This document shows, in pieces, positions 38,000 to 48,795 of a stretch of 64,000 bases of DNA (positions are counted from its first letter, which is position 1; each line of letters opens with the position of its first letter). Source of the DNA: Eledone cirrhosa (lineage: Eukaryota); NCBI GenBank assembly GCA_964016885.1, contig OZ024740.1, positions 59,272,001 through 59,336,000 of the forward strand. The letters are read 5' to 3'. Under the pieces are notes generated by a model that searched no databases, was not told the DNA's origin, and was given only the letters and a program-made list of their open reading frames with translations. The translations under genes and the position numbers were made by a program.

Positions 38000-38940
38000 G
38001 TTCTTTGAGTCCCAGTCATTGATGTTATTTAACTGGAAAGTTTGTTGAAATGAATATCAAGCCACTACCTGCAACCTCGATATTCAGGACGTATTGGAGG
38101 GTTCTTGCTGTTCCCAGCAAGCATGCCTTTTGAAGTGTTCCAAAAAGCGGGGTGGGGCCAATTTTCTTTAACCATCCCTGGAAACTCTTTGAGATAGTAC
38201 CTAGTGCGCCTATGACAATCGGGACCACTTTGACTTCATGGCAGTTCCAAATCCTTTTTACCTCCCACTTTAAGTCCTGGTATCAGTTAATTTTCTCCCT
38301 CTCCTTCTCTTGCACTCTCGTGTCGAATGGGCAGGCCAGACCCACAATCAGGCACAATCTTTTTTCCTTGTCAAAAACCACCAGGTCAGGTCTATTGTGT
38401 TCCAGTTTCTTGTCCGTCTGTATCCTAAAATCCCACAGCACCTTCACCTGATCGTTTTCCATCACCGACTCTGGCTTATGCTCATACCACTTATCAGAAT
38501 GTGGTAAATTGTTTACTTTGCATAGGTGCCAGTGGATCACCCTGCCCATCACATCATGTCTCCAGCCTTTATAGTGAGTCTGGGCTAGGTGTTTACACTC
38601 GGATACAATGTGAGCCACAGTCTCCTCTCTCTCTCCACAGATCCTGCACAGTGGGCTAGCCTCCTCCTTGTAAATATGGTGTTCAGCCACTTCGTTTTGA
38701 GGGCCTGCTCTTGCGCAGCCATTAGCATTCCTTCTGTAGCCTTTTTAACGTCTCCTCTTTTCAACCAGTTCCATGTCTGTGGATCTCTGAATTCAGTTTT
38801 CTCAAAGAAGGTACGATGAAGGGATTTTTCATGAAGGTTGCTCTTCCTCCTTGTTGTTATTTCCTCCTTGGACATCCCCTGGTCTATTGTCCTCTCCTTC
38901 AGTACAATTCTGAGCATTGGCTCCCTACTATCAGTCACGT
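38000..38940 (-). mobile_element. R4/Dong-clade non-LTR retrotransposon family A, 3' fragment
   Basis: CRICGEREETVAHIVSEC zinc finger, RPDLVV restriction-like endonuclease, LQKACLLGT; flanked by (TAA)n. Confidence 0.9.
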
Positions 38941-38984
38941 TATTATTATTATTATTATCATCATCATCATCATCATCATCATCG

Positions 38985-39053
<69 letters not shown>

Positions 39054-39105
39054 TCATCATCATTGTCGTTGTTGTTGTTTTTTTTGTTATGATTATTATT
39101 ATTTT
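38940..39105. repeat. Compound trinucleotide microsatellite (TTA)n(TCA)n(TCG)n(TCA)n(TTG)n(TTA)n
   Basis: Directly visible. Confidence 0.95.
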
Positions 39106-39669
39106 CCAATATGACGGTGCATGCTTTTTTTTTTCTTTTTTTTTTAAGTTTGGCTTCAGCTGCAAAAAAATTTCATGAATATGAATAATACAATTCTATG
39201 AACAGGATTTTTGAAGAATAGTGACTCCAGTAAAAATAAAGCTAGAAGCTGTATTGGTTCATTATCACAATAAATGCTATCTGTATCAGCTTCTCATACT
39301 GCCCATATGAAAGAAACCTGGAGAAATGATATGAGTCTTTTTAAATGTGACCAACATAGTTAAACATATTTTAGGGTAACAAAAGGAATATATATATATC
39401 ATCATATTTATATATATACACATACACACACAAACACACATATATATATATGTGTGTGTATGTATATGTATATATATATATACGAGTGAGACACGGTCAC
39501 CCGACCAATCTCGCCTCAAGTGGGACAACTCCCGTCTAACCCATGCTAGCATGGAAGATAGACGTTAAACGATGATGATGATGATGATATATATCTATTG
39601 AAAATGTGTGAAATCCTTGGTACAGTTAGGTATATTTTTCTTCTTTCAAATATATATATATATATATAT

Positions 39670-40312
39670 ATACATTATGAAGAGAGAAGAAACATTTAGA
39701 TATAATTAGTAATAAAATGTATCATACCTAAACTGTTCCTAAATTCCTCGACTACGTAGTTTCGTGGCATAAACAAAAACAATATATCAAAGATATAGAG
39801 TCCTTGCGAGGTCTGCCGACTTATCAAGAGGATACCTCATTTTACTAGTCTCAAGAACGCGTCTACACGACGTGAGAAAGAATCCCAAAAGGCGGAGGGG
39901 GAGATAGTCACGCGATATAACGGTCGAGAAACAGAGCTAAGCCTCTTATAACCACGAAAAAAATACCACGGAGGCGGAGGGGGTATTCATATCGAGGCCG
40001 TAGAAGAGGTAGTGAAGAAGGCGAGAAGTGTGAGTAATGGAAGCTTTCCAGTTGTCCCCACACTTCAAAGATTGCTCGACCAGAGGGAGTTATTAATACA
40101 TTTAGAAACACACAGATACATGCGGACACACACATATATACATGAATGCATCCGCACCCAACTGTGAGTTAAGGGTGCCAACTTCACCGATGTTGCTCAA
40201 TGAATGACTGGGACAGACCAATTCAGTTTGAACCAGACTGAACCAGTATCAGAGTTAAAAATACATTATGAAGAGAGAAGAAACATTTAGATATAATTAG
40301 TAATAAAATGTA
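39670..40312 (-). mobile_element. Retrozyme/Penelope-derived-like element: 591-nt unit plus about 52-nt terminal direct repeat, containing a degenerate hammerhead (39745-39832)
   Basis: atacattatgaagagagaagaaacatttagatataattagtaataaaatgta at 39670 and 40261; UCCUC-UUGAUAA-GU(C)GGCA...UGCCAC-GAAA-CUACGUAG-UC-GAGGA; (TA)n on both flanks. Confidence 0.6.
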
Positions 40313-40948
40313 TATATATATACATAGATATATTCATATTTATGAGTGCATGTCTAGATGAAAACAAAAAGAGCACCCAGGTGTAAAACACTGTTTCACA
40401 CCGTCCACTCCTTCCCATGGTGATATGGGAAAAGTAGATATAAAAACAATCATGATAATTATATATCATCATCACCATCGTTTAACGTCCATCTTCCACG
40501 CTTGCATGGGTTAGACAGTTTTGTTCCATTTGATGCGGGAATGTATGCCAAGTGAAACTAAATGTTATTTTTTTGTGGCTTAGTGGTTAAATTGTTGGGT
40601 TAAAAAAATCATACGGTCATGTGTTTGATTCCCCAACAAGCAGTGCCAGGCTTAGGACAAATGAGGCCCTGTGCTAGTTAAGTTATAATGCACCTTACTT
40701 GGGCTCTGAAGGAGGTAAACAATTTTTTTGGCAGAAAGATGTGTGCCCCTGGCCAACGATACATTGTCTATTTGAGTTAGACACTTCGTTTTTCATTGCT
40801 TCAGTTCACTCAGTTTAAAAATATGAGCTTTTAGCTCTACAATGGATTTGCACACCATCTAAGGAGTAGTCTTCTACTCTTAGTCACTTAATATCAATGA
40901 AACTGGGATAAACTCCACTGTAACGGGCATCTGGATCTGGTATAAACT

Positions 40949-41164
40949 TTAACCCTTCAGCATTTACATTACTCTATATTTACTATTACATTTTCATGGT
41001 AAAGGCTTTAGCTCACATAATTATCTCACATATCAAATCTATAAGATTTTAATATTTTTTATGTTGAGAACAATACCTTAACATCAGTATGAGTGGACAG
41101 TTACAGCTAGTTTGAACAGAAAGAGGTGAGTGAATTCTGGCTGGTTCAAATGCTAAAAGGTTAA
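40949..41164. mobile_element. piggyBac-like MITE family 1
   Basis: TTAA duplications and TIRs. Confidence 0.78.
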
Positions 41165-41444
41165 CTTTAACTATACCTAATCTGTGGTTATCAATTTTTT
41201 TTTTTTTTTTTGTGGTATATTTTAGAAAAGATATATTGGTGCATTCTGTACATAAAGTCAAAAGAATCTCTATAAAATAGCATTTATATAGTTTAGCCTA
41301 TGGATATAAATAATTTTAACTAGATTATTAAGTGCTTAAATTATGAACAAATGAACAATTATTATCAAGTATTTATGTTCAGAATTTAGAATTTCATTTT
41401 GTATTTTTAACAATTTATAATTCTATTATTTTTTTCCTGTGTAT

Positions 41445-41820
41445 GATAGGTCAGTGAAATAATTAGGGTGTCGGACAAATGCCAAGCAGTAGTTGTTCTG
41501 GCACATTACTTTCTGAGTTCCTATCCTGATGAAGTCAACTTTGGCTCTCATCCTTCTGGGTTTGATAATATAAGGTACCAGTTGAATACTGAGATTGGTA
41601 TAATCGACTTTCTCCCCCTTCAAATTGCTGACCCTAAGCCAATGCTAGAAAGAATTATTTCTTTTTTAGTATAAGTGTGTTAGATTGGTGAAATTATTAG
41701 AGCATTGTGGTATTTATTCAAGCTTTAAGGTCAACTTTACCTTTTATCCTTTTGAGGGTTGATAAATAAAAGTACCAATGAAACACTGAGGTTGATTTAG
41801 TCAACTTGTCCTTCCCCTAG
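41445..41820 (+). mobile_element. Two diverged OR-like SINE copies
   Basis: Degenerate core ctttcatcctt..gggttgataa..aagtacca. Confidence 0.6.
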
Positions 41821-42524
41821 GGGTGTTGGCATTTAATCTATAATACAGTAAGGAGTGCGGGACTGTGTACGGTTTATTTCTTTTAATCCAGTTAGTAAAA
41901 TAAGTTGGATTACTTTGAATAAATAATGAATGAATATTACATAATTTATGTACTAAATTAAATTTAATATAAACATTAATATAAATAATTTTATTGCTTA
42001 TTTAAAATTGACTTCTTTTCAAAGTTTCAAATTTCTACACTTCCGGTTTATTGCTGCCACCACTTCAATTACCATATATATAGAAAGAGAGAGTGTGTGA
42101 TGAGAGAGACACAGATAGAGTGATTATGATTTTCTACACGCCGACATGTATCTATGTGTATATGCACATACATACATACATCTGTATGTATGAGTATATA
42201 ACTATAGTCACGCAAACACAAACTTATAAAAATGCATGCTTACGGACATACATTCACACAAATACACATACTTTCACACAAACACATACATACATTCACA
42301 CACATACAGTCATACAGTCAAGATAGCAATGTTCGGTGAATTGGAAATGGGAAGGTAAAACAAGTATAACGTTTTATTTATTTATTAATTCTTGATTTAT
42401 TTATTAACTCTTTTTTTTAAAACTCATTTAATATAATGGCTACAGAACGAAAACACTAACAAATATAATATATACAAAGGAAAGGGAAAGGAAAAAAAGA
42501 AAGAGAAAAATACACAAGCACGTA

Positions 42525-42792
42525 ATACTCACATCTAAGACCACATAGGCTGGATAATGTAGTTAGCTAACAGAACACAGTATTTTAGGATTTTGTTCCG
42601 TTCAGCTGCGGATGCTGTAGCTCTCACCCTTACCGCTGCATCCAGGATGTGGGAAGAAGCAAAAGAGTCACTAACTGTGACGTCCCAGGTAAGGTACCTG
42701 CCTCTTCACCAGGAGCACAGAGTAAAACCGTCAAGTCTTTTCCCATGAATTCAGGACAACCCAGAAGGTTCCAAAATTGAGGGCCAGAGCTC
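42525..42792 (-). mobile_element. CRE-clade non-LTR retrotransposon remnant (restriction-like endonuclease)
   Basis: Translates as SILEPSGLS*IHGKRLDGFTLCSW*RGRYLTWDVTVSDSFASSHI...AAERNKILKY, matching the EP.GL.R.DGKRPDG.T..PW..G..L.WD.T pattern. Confidence 0.75.
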
Positions 42793-42984
42793 TTCAGTGT
42801 GTGTATGTGTGCGCGCATGAGTTTGTCGTCATTCTTAAATTAGAGACATGTGTGTGTGTCACTGTTTTTAAGTTAGACATATATATGTGTGTATCCCTTT
42901 GCTTCCTTTTACACACATACATTCACACTAACACACATACACATTGCGGGATGGATGGGTGGACAGAAGTCCCTCAAATTTATA

Positions 42985-43635
42985 TACATGTGAATGGAGT
43001 TCTACTGAAGCAGTTAGAGAAGTTCAAGTAATTTGCAGCCGTGTTCATGAGTGATGGAATGCAGGAGACTGAATTAAGTGCAAGAATTTTAAAAGCTGAT
43101 GACGTAATGCGCCAGCCTCAGCATTCAGCAATCAGAAGAAGGGGGTAGGTGTAAAAGCCAAACTCGCTGTCTTCCTGGTATTCCTGCCAACTCTTACTGA
43201 GGAATATGAATCTTGAGTAATGACCAAAAGAATACAATTACAAATAAAAGTGGCAGAAATGGGATTCCTCCAAAGGGTCTTTGGAGTAACGTTACTTGAT
43301 AAAGTGCAGAGTTCAGAGACCAGAGAGTCAATCCTGGTAAAGCCTCTACGTCTCCGAATTGAAAGATCACAACTCCGATATTATGAGCATGTGGTTAGAA
43401 TGTCTCAGTAAAGAATCGCTGGACACATTTTACAGGCAAAACCAACCGGCAAGAGACCCAGAGGTAGACCCTGAGCAAGATAGTTGGATAACATCCATGA
43501 GTTTGGCTGGTCACGCTTTGGGATCCAGCTGGATCAGTTAGAGATGTTTGCTACTGACAGACTTGCTGGAAGGAGTGTTTGAGAAGGACTCTGCCCCCAC
43601 GACCCTCTCAGAAATAAGTGGGTGAAGAAGAAGAT
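42985..43635 (+). mobile_element. RTE-clade LINE 3' fragment (second RTE family)
   Basis: LKQLEKFK, AEMGFLQRV, IERSQLRYYEHVVRM; (GAA)n tail. Confidence 0.8.
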
Positions 43636-43675
43636 ATTGTCAATTAACTTTTCAATTTACATATATCTATATACA

Positions 43676-44206
43676 TACAAGTTAATATAAATTAATATAT
43701 GATAAACACCAATATAAACATATAAGCGTTTGCATTGTAAACGACCAAGTTAGCTAGATTGAAAAATACTAATTAGATTAATACAGTTTGCCTGTCTCGA
43801 TTTAAAATAATAAATCCAGGAGCTGGAAAACCACGTGCGTTAGCACTTGACTACCAGTCCTCCAAAAATATTTCGAGGTGAAACATGCTAATTTCTGGAT
43901 ACCTGTTGATGATCACAGGAATTGGAATTTTTCACTTTTTTAAATTACCGTTGCAAAACTTATTTGGGTTTTGAAATTTAAATTTGTCTGCGGAACAGGT
44001 TTGGATTTTGAAATTTAAATTTGTCCAGGTATCACGGCTATTGCCAATATGGGTTTGTTTTTATTGATTTATTATTTTAAATCGAGACAGGCAAACCGTA
44101 TTAATCTAATTAGTATTTTTCAATCTAGCTAACTTGGTCGTTTACAATGCAAACGCTTATATGTTTATATTGGTGTTTATCATATATTAATTTATATTAA
44201 CTTGTA
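43676..44206. repeat. Fold-back inverted repeat, about 141-bp arms, about 250-bp spacer
   Basis: 43676-43816 is the reverse complement of 44066-44206 with about one mismatch. Confidence 0.92.
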
Positions 44207-44286
44207 TTTCACGGCTCAGAAATGCTTCTTTCTTTGAGCTAATTAATTGTAAAAGACTGTTTGAGTTTATAACTCTAAATATAATA

Positions 44287-44374
44287 TCTATATACATATA
44301 TATTTGCGCATAATACCAATATGCACACTACATATGCTAGCAGAAAACCACCCGAAGGGCGGTTTTTCTGCTAG
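44287..44374 (+). mobile_element. Candidate 88-bp mini-Helitron
   Basis: A|TC...hairpin CTAGCAGAAAACCACCC-GAA-GGGCGGTTTTTCTGCTAG|T. Confidence 0.5.
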
Positions 44375-46054
44375 TTATGCCTAATTTAGAAACCATTATT
44401 TTCTTCCATTGTATCTAACTACATCTCATGGAGCAGCAATGTGCCACACTGCATTATTTGAGCATCACTGAGTAAAAGACACAGCAAGAAATTCTTGGTG
44501 AAAGGTAAAGAAATTCCTTAACTTAATAGAACTAAGACCAGGAGAAGTTATTATTTCTCATATATGTCATAACTATATTATCACAGTGTAAAATGGCTTG
44601 AGAAAGAATGTGATTAAAAATTCATGTTGTGTATTCATATCTTGACATCTCACCGCCACTAATATGGAAATGCCAGTGATAAGCTTGGAGAAAGATTATA
44701 ACATATATAAGATTATTTTGATGCCATGCCAATATCGAGGATGCTATGGTCCAAATATGATGGGTAATTTCTGCTAGTTCTTAAAGTAAGACAATAAAAT
44801 GTCATACAAAAACAAAATGAAGTGAGCAGTCAGTTAAATAGCTTCAGTGTTTTAACACTATTGTTTCTTTATTAATTAATCATCATCTGTATAAAACTGA
44901 ATTCATTTTATGATATTTGTTTATATAACTAATATAATATGAATTAATTCTTAATATCCTGTAATTATTTAGCAGAAAATATCTTTTAAAAATGGGTTTA
45001 TTAATCCAAATGAGTTTGTTAATCCAAATGGACACACATTTGTAATAATGTACTGTATAGACTTCAATTTTTAATATAACACAATCATGATGTTTTGTAC
45101 TTTTAATGAATGCCTTGCTAATGCAGTTTCATGTGGTACAGGATATAAAGAGTTAAAACGTAAATTTGTAATTTATTGAGATATTTTCTAATGATATTGT
45201 AGGGTCTCACATATGTAATACAGTGGGTAGAAAAACTTTGATTAAACTGAAACTATCCATGCATTTAGAAGACATTCTCCCCCATCCAGGCATGTTTAAG
45301 AAAAAGAAACATCAGCCAAAAGAGATAACTCTAATAATATCAGCCAATGAAATTTTTTGGAAAATAAGGACAATGCTGATGGAAGTGGATCTTGTCTTTA
45401 ACCTGCTGACTGCCACATATATTTTACACAGCTACAGTTGCTGTGCTGGGTTTTTTCCCCAGTAAAATGACTATTTTGATTAACAAACATCACATCAATA
45501 AACTAGTAACCCCATCTAGCTTTGAAGTTATGAACTTTTAGGAATGAGTTCATAACTTTGAAGCTATGAACTGTTAGAGTTCAAACATGTTAGGACGAGT
45601 TATCTGAAGAGGTTAAAACCAACCGATGAAGGCAAAGAGCATGTTTTGATCTTATTAAATCTCCTCAGTGAAGTCAATTCAGCTCAGTAGGCAAAATTTA
45701 GAAGTTATCAATATATCATATATAGAAATAGAGAAAATATAGTGACATGTGATTATAGTGAACATATTATGACATTGAAGAGTATCAATAATATAGCTGA
45801 TGTAAAAAAAGGAATTATTTGAACTTGTTACACTTGATATAACTGATTACATGATGAATACATTAGTTTAAACTATGCTCATGGGATAGATATTTGAATT
45901 AGAGTTCAGGTTTAGGTAAGGATTTATATGCACTTTTTTTCTAAATGTTACTAAAATTTTGGTTATCAAAATGTTTGTTATATTTAAAATATATATTGGT
46001 TTATTTCAAAGAAATTGTTGGAGATTACTAATAAAGCCAGTGAGTACATCTGGC

Positions 46055-46282
46055 TTAACACTTTAACATTGAAACCAGCTGTATCCGGCCAAAATTCTCT
46101 CGCCTCTTTCTGTTCAAACTGGCTGTAACTGACCACTAATACCGATATTAAGGTATTGTTCTCAAAATAAATAATATCAAACTCTTATAGATTCAATATT
46201 ATGTGAGATAATAAGTGAGGTAAAGCCTTTATCATGAAAATATAATAGTATATAGAGAGTAATGTAAATGCTAAAGGGTTAA
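46055..46282. mobile_element. piggyBac-like MITE family 1
   Basis: TTAA duplications and TIRs. Confidence 0.78.
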
Positions 46283-47179
46283 GACAGAAGATGAGTGGCA
46301 TGTCTAATGCAGTGAAGGGGGGTACACCAAATAGAATCAAGTATTAAGGTTGATGGAGACATCTGGCTCAGAGTCACTACACTAGACTAATCTAATTTTG
46401 TACTGTTGTGCAAGAGTTTCATTGCTTACTTCAGTGGGTATCCCTAGGTAGATCTGGTGATGTGCTGAAAAGGGCCAAACATCTATAGTGTTGCTCCATG
46501 GCTCATGAGACATCAACTACTGCATTCAGAGATGAAGTACAGCAGTGCCTTCAGTACACAAGTGTTTATCCCAAGTAAATATGTTATTTAAAGTACAATG
46601 GCTGTGAGGTTAAAGCTCTGGTCATGAGTTCAACCTAAGATTGGAAATTGTTATACAATCTTTGTTTTTTTAATTTCAAATTATTCAAACTGTGATTAAA
46701 AAAAATTAATCAGTGAAAAAAAAAGCAGTGTTCTACACACTGAAATTAATGGAGAGAAAAGATCTTCAATTGAAATATGAATTTAAATCAGCATTTTATA
46801 ATTTGCTTTAAGTGAAAACTTTCTATTTCGTGTTTTTTTTTCTTTTTGAATTTTGGTTTGAGTTGAATTACAATTACCTTTCTTTAAAGTTCTTCTTTCA
46901 CTTTAACCATCTCACTAATTTTGGTTTAAGACAATGCCTTGATATTCATCAATTTGAAATTTCAAACTGAAAGATAACAAATCCAAATCCTCACATCAAA
47001 TTTTAATACATCCAATATGTTTCATTAATGGCCAATAACTCTGGAGTTATGGAGGGGCATTTAAACCTGGCAGACTACATCCTCCTCCATATCTGAACAC
47101 AACTGATTTTTTCCAGAGAAAGAGAGAGAGAGTGAGAGAAAGAAAGAGAGAGTGGGGTGAAGAAGAGATATAGAGGAAG

Positions 47180-47335
47180 AATTGACCCAGTACTGAACAG
47201 GTACTTTTTTTATCAACTTCAAAAGGATGGAAGGCAAAGTTGACCTCGGCATGATTTGAACTCAGAGAGCAGAGAACAGAAATGAATATCATGAAGCATT
47301 CTATCCAATATTCTAACAACACTGCTAGTTTACCA
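47180..47335 (-). mobile_element. Diverged OR-like SINE
   Basis: B box and core on the minus strand. Confidence 0.65.
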
Positions 47336-47980
47336 ATGACATCCAATGTATTTTGCCTTAATGAACACTCCGATATTTGCTTCAGTCCGTCTGACTAAAA
47401 ACTGGTTCCACGATTCTCTATTATTGTCGTGTGATAGGAATAGAATTCATCTGTTAAAACAATTACATCAACATAATTTAAAAATTTACAAAGGATATCA
47501 AATCAATGCTAGTATGGAACAAGTGATATAAAATAATCTACTGTAACTATATCAATATCTATTATATTTTCTGCTGTATTGTATAATCAATTGTATTTTC
47601 TTCTCACTACAAAATATTTAATATCTATCAGTTTTCCGTATTCTATGGAAAGACCTTGTAATAAAATATACAAGGAAAGACAGTAGTACTAATATGTTGA
47701 TAGCAGAAATTATTAGCATCATGGTTTATTGTTAAACACCTTTTCTATTTAATTAGCAAGAACACATGCTGGTGTCATGCATGATACTATATTTAAAACA
47801 ATACAAAGAAAAAATATGGTTGTTACTAAGATGGCATCTCACTGTTTTATGTTACATTATTTGCCAGTTTATATCCTGCTTGCTATTGAATTCTTCACAT
47901 TCTCCTACAATGAAAAACATTGATTACCTGTTCTCATTGATGCAAATTGTGATTTTTATCTATTTATCAAATATTTTACT

Positions 47981-48795
47981 GTGGAACTCTGCACAAGCTT
48001 GCTTGAGAGAATGACTGTCTCAGTTTTCGCAGCACTGATTTTCATTCCAGCCATGCAGCACTCGGCAACAAACCTATCAAATGTGAGTCAGAGATCACCT
48101 TCTTTCGAATTAAGTAATACCATGTTGTCTGCAACTTTCAGCTGACTGATTCTACACCTGCCAGTCTGAAGCAGGTGGAGAAATTCAAGTATCTTGGGAC
48201 TGTGTTCACGAGTGATGAAAGGCAGGAGGCTGAATTAAGTGCAAGAATTGTAGGAGCTGCTGCAGTAATGTGCCAGCTTCAGCATTCAGTAATCAGAAGA
48301 AGGGAGGTAGGCGAAAAACCAAATTCACTATCTTCAATTTGGTATTCATGTCAACCCTTTACTATGGGTAATGACCAAAAGAATACAATCATGAATACAA
48401 ATGGTCGAAATGGGGTTCCTCTGAAGGGTCTTTGGAGTAATGTTACTTGATAGAGTGCACAGCTTGGAGATCAGAGAGTTGCTCCAGGCAGAGCGGATAC
48501 TTCTCTGAATTGAAAGATCACAGCTACAATACTATGGACATGTGTTAGAATGTCACAGGAAAGAATCATTGGAGACCCAGGGGTATACTCTAAGCAAGAT
48601 GGTTGGATATCATCCATGAGCTTGACTGGTTTCTTGGGGATCCAGCAGGAAAGGTTGGAAGCAGTTGCTTCTGACAGGGCCTGCTGGAAGGAGTATTTGA
48701 GGACTGCTACCACAACCCTCTCAGGAATAAGTGGGCGAAGAAGAAGAAGAAGAACAAGAAGAACAAGAAGAACAAGAAGAACAAGAACAAGAACA
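47981..48795 (+). mobile_element. RTE-clade LINE fragment with 5' inversion
   Basis: 47981-48160 encodes RT residues on the minus strand; 48165-48735 continues on the plus strand (LKQVEKFKYLG); (GAA)/(GAACAA) tail. Confidence 0.8.

Noticed and set aside
38585-39178. Poly-D/S/R/T/V ORFs
   Set aside because: Translations of a compound microsatellite; the same applies to the poly-F/S ORFs at 55787-56236 and the YI/CV-repeat ORFs.
44337-44374. Hairpin resembling a bacterial intrinsic terminator
   Set aside because: Eukaryotic context; better explained as a Helitron-type terminus.
45600-45670. CTGAAGA and CTGAGGA-GAT...ATC-AAAAC motifs
   Set aside because: No convincing stem I or cleavage site; may be chance.
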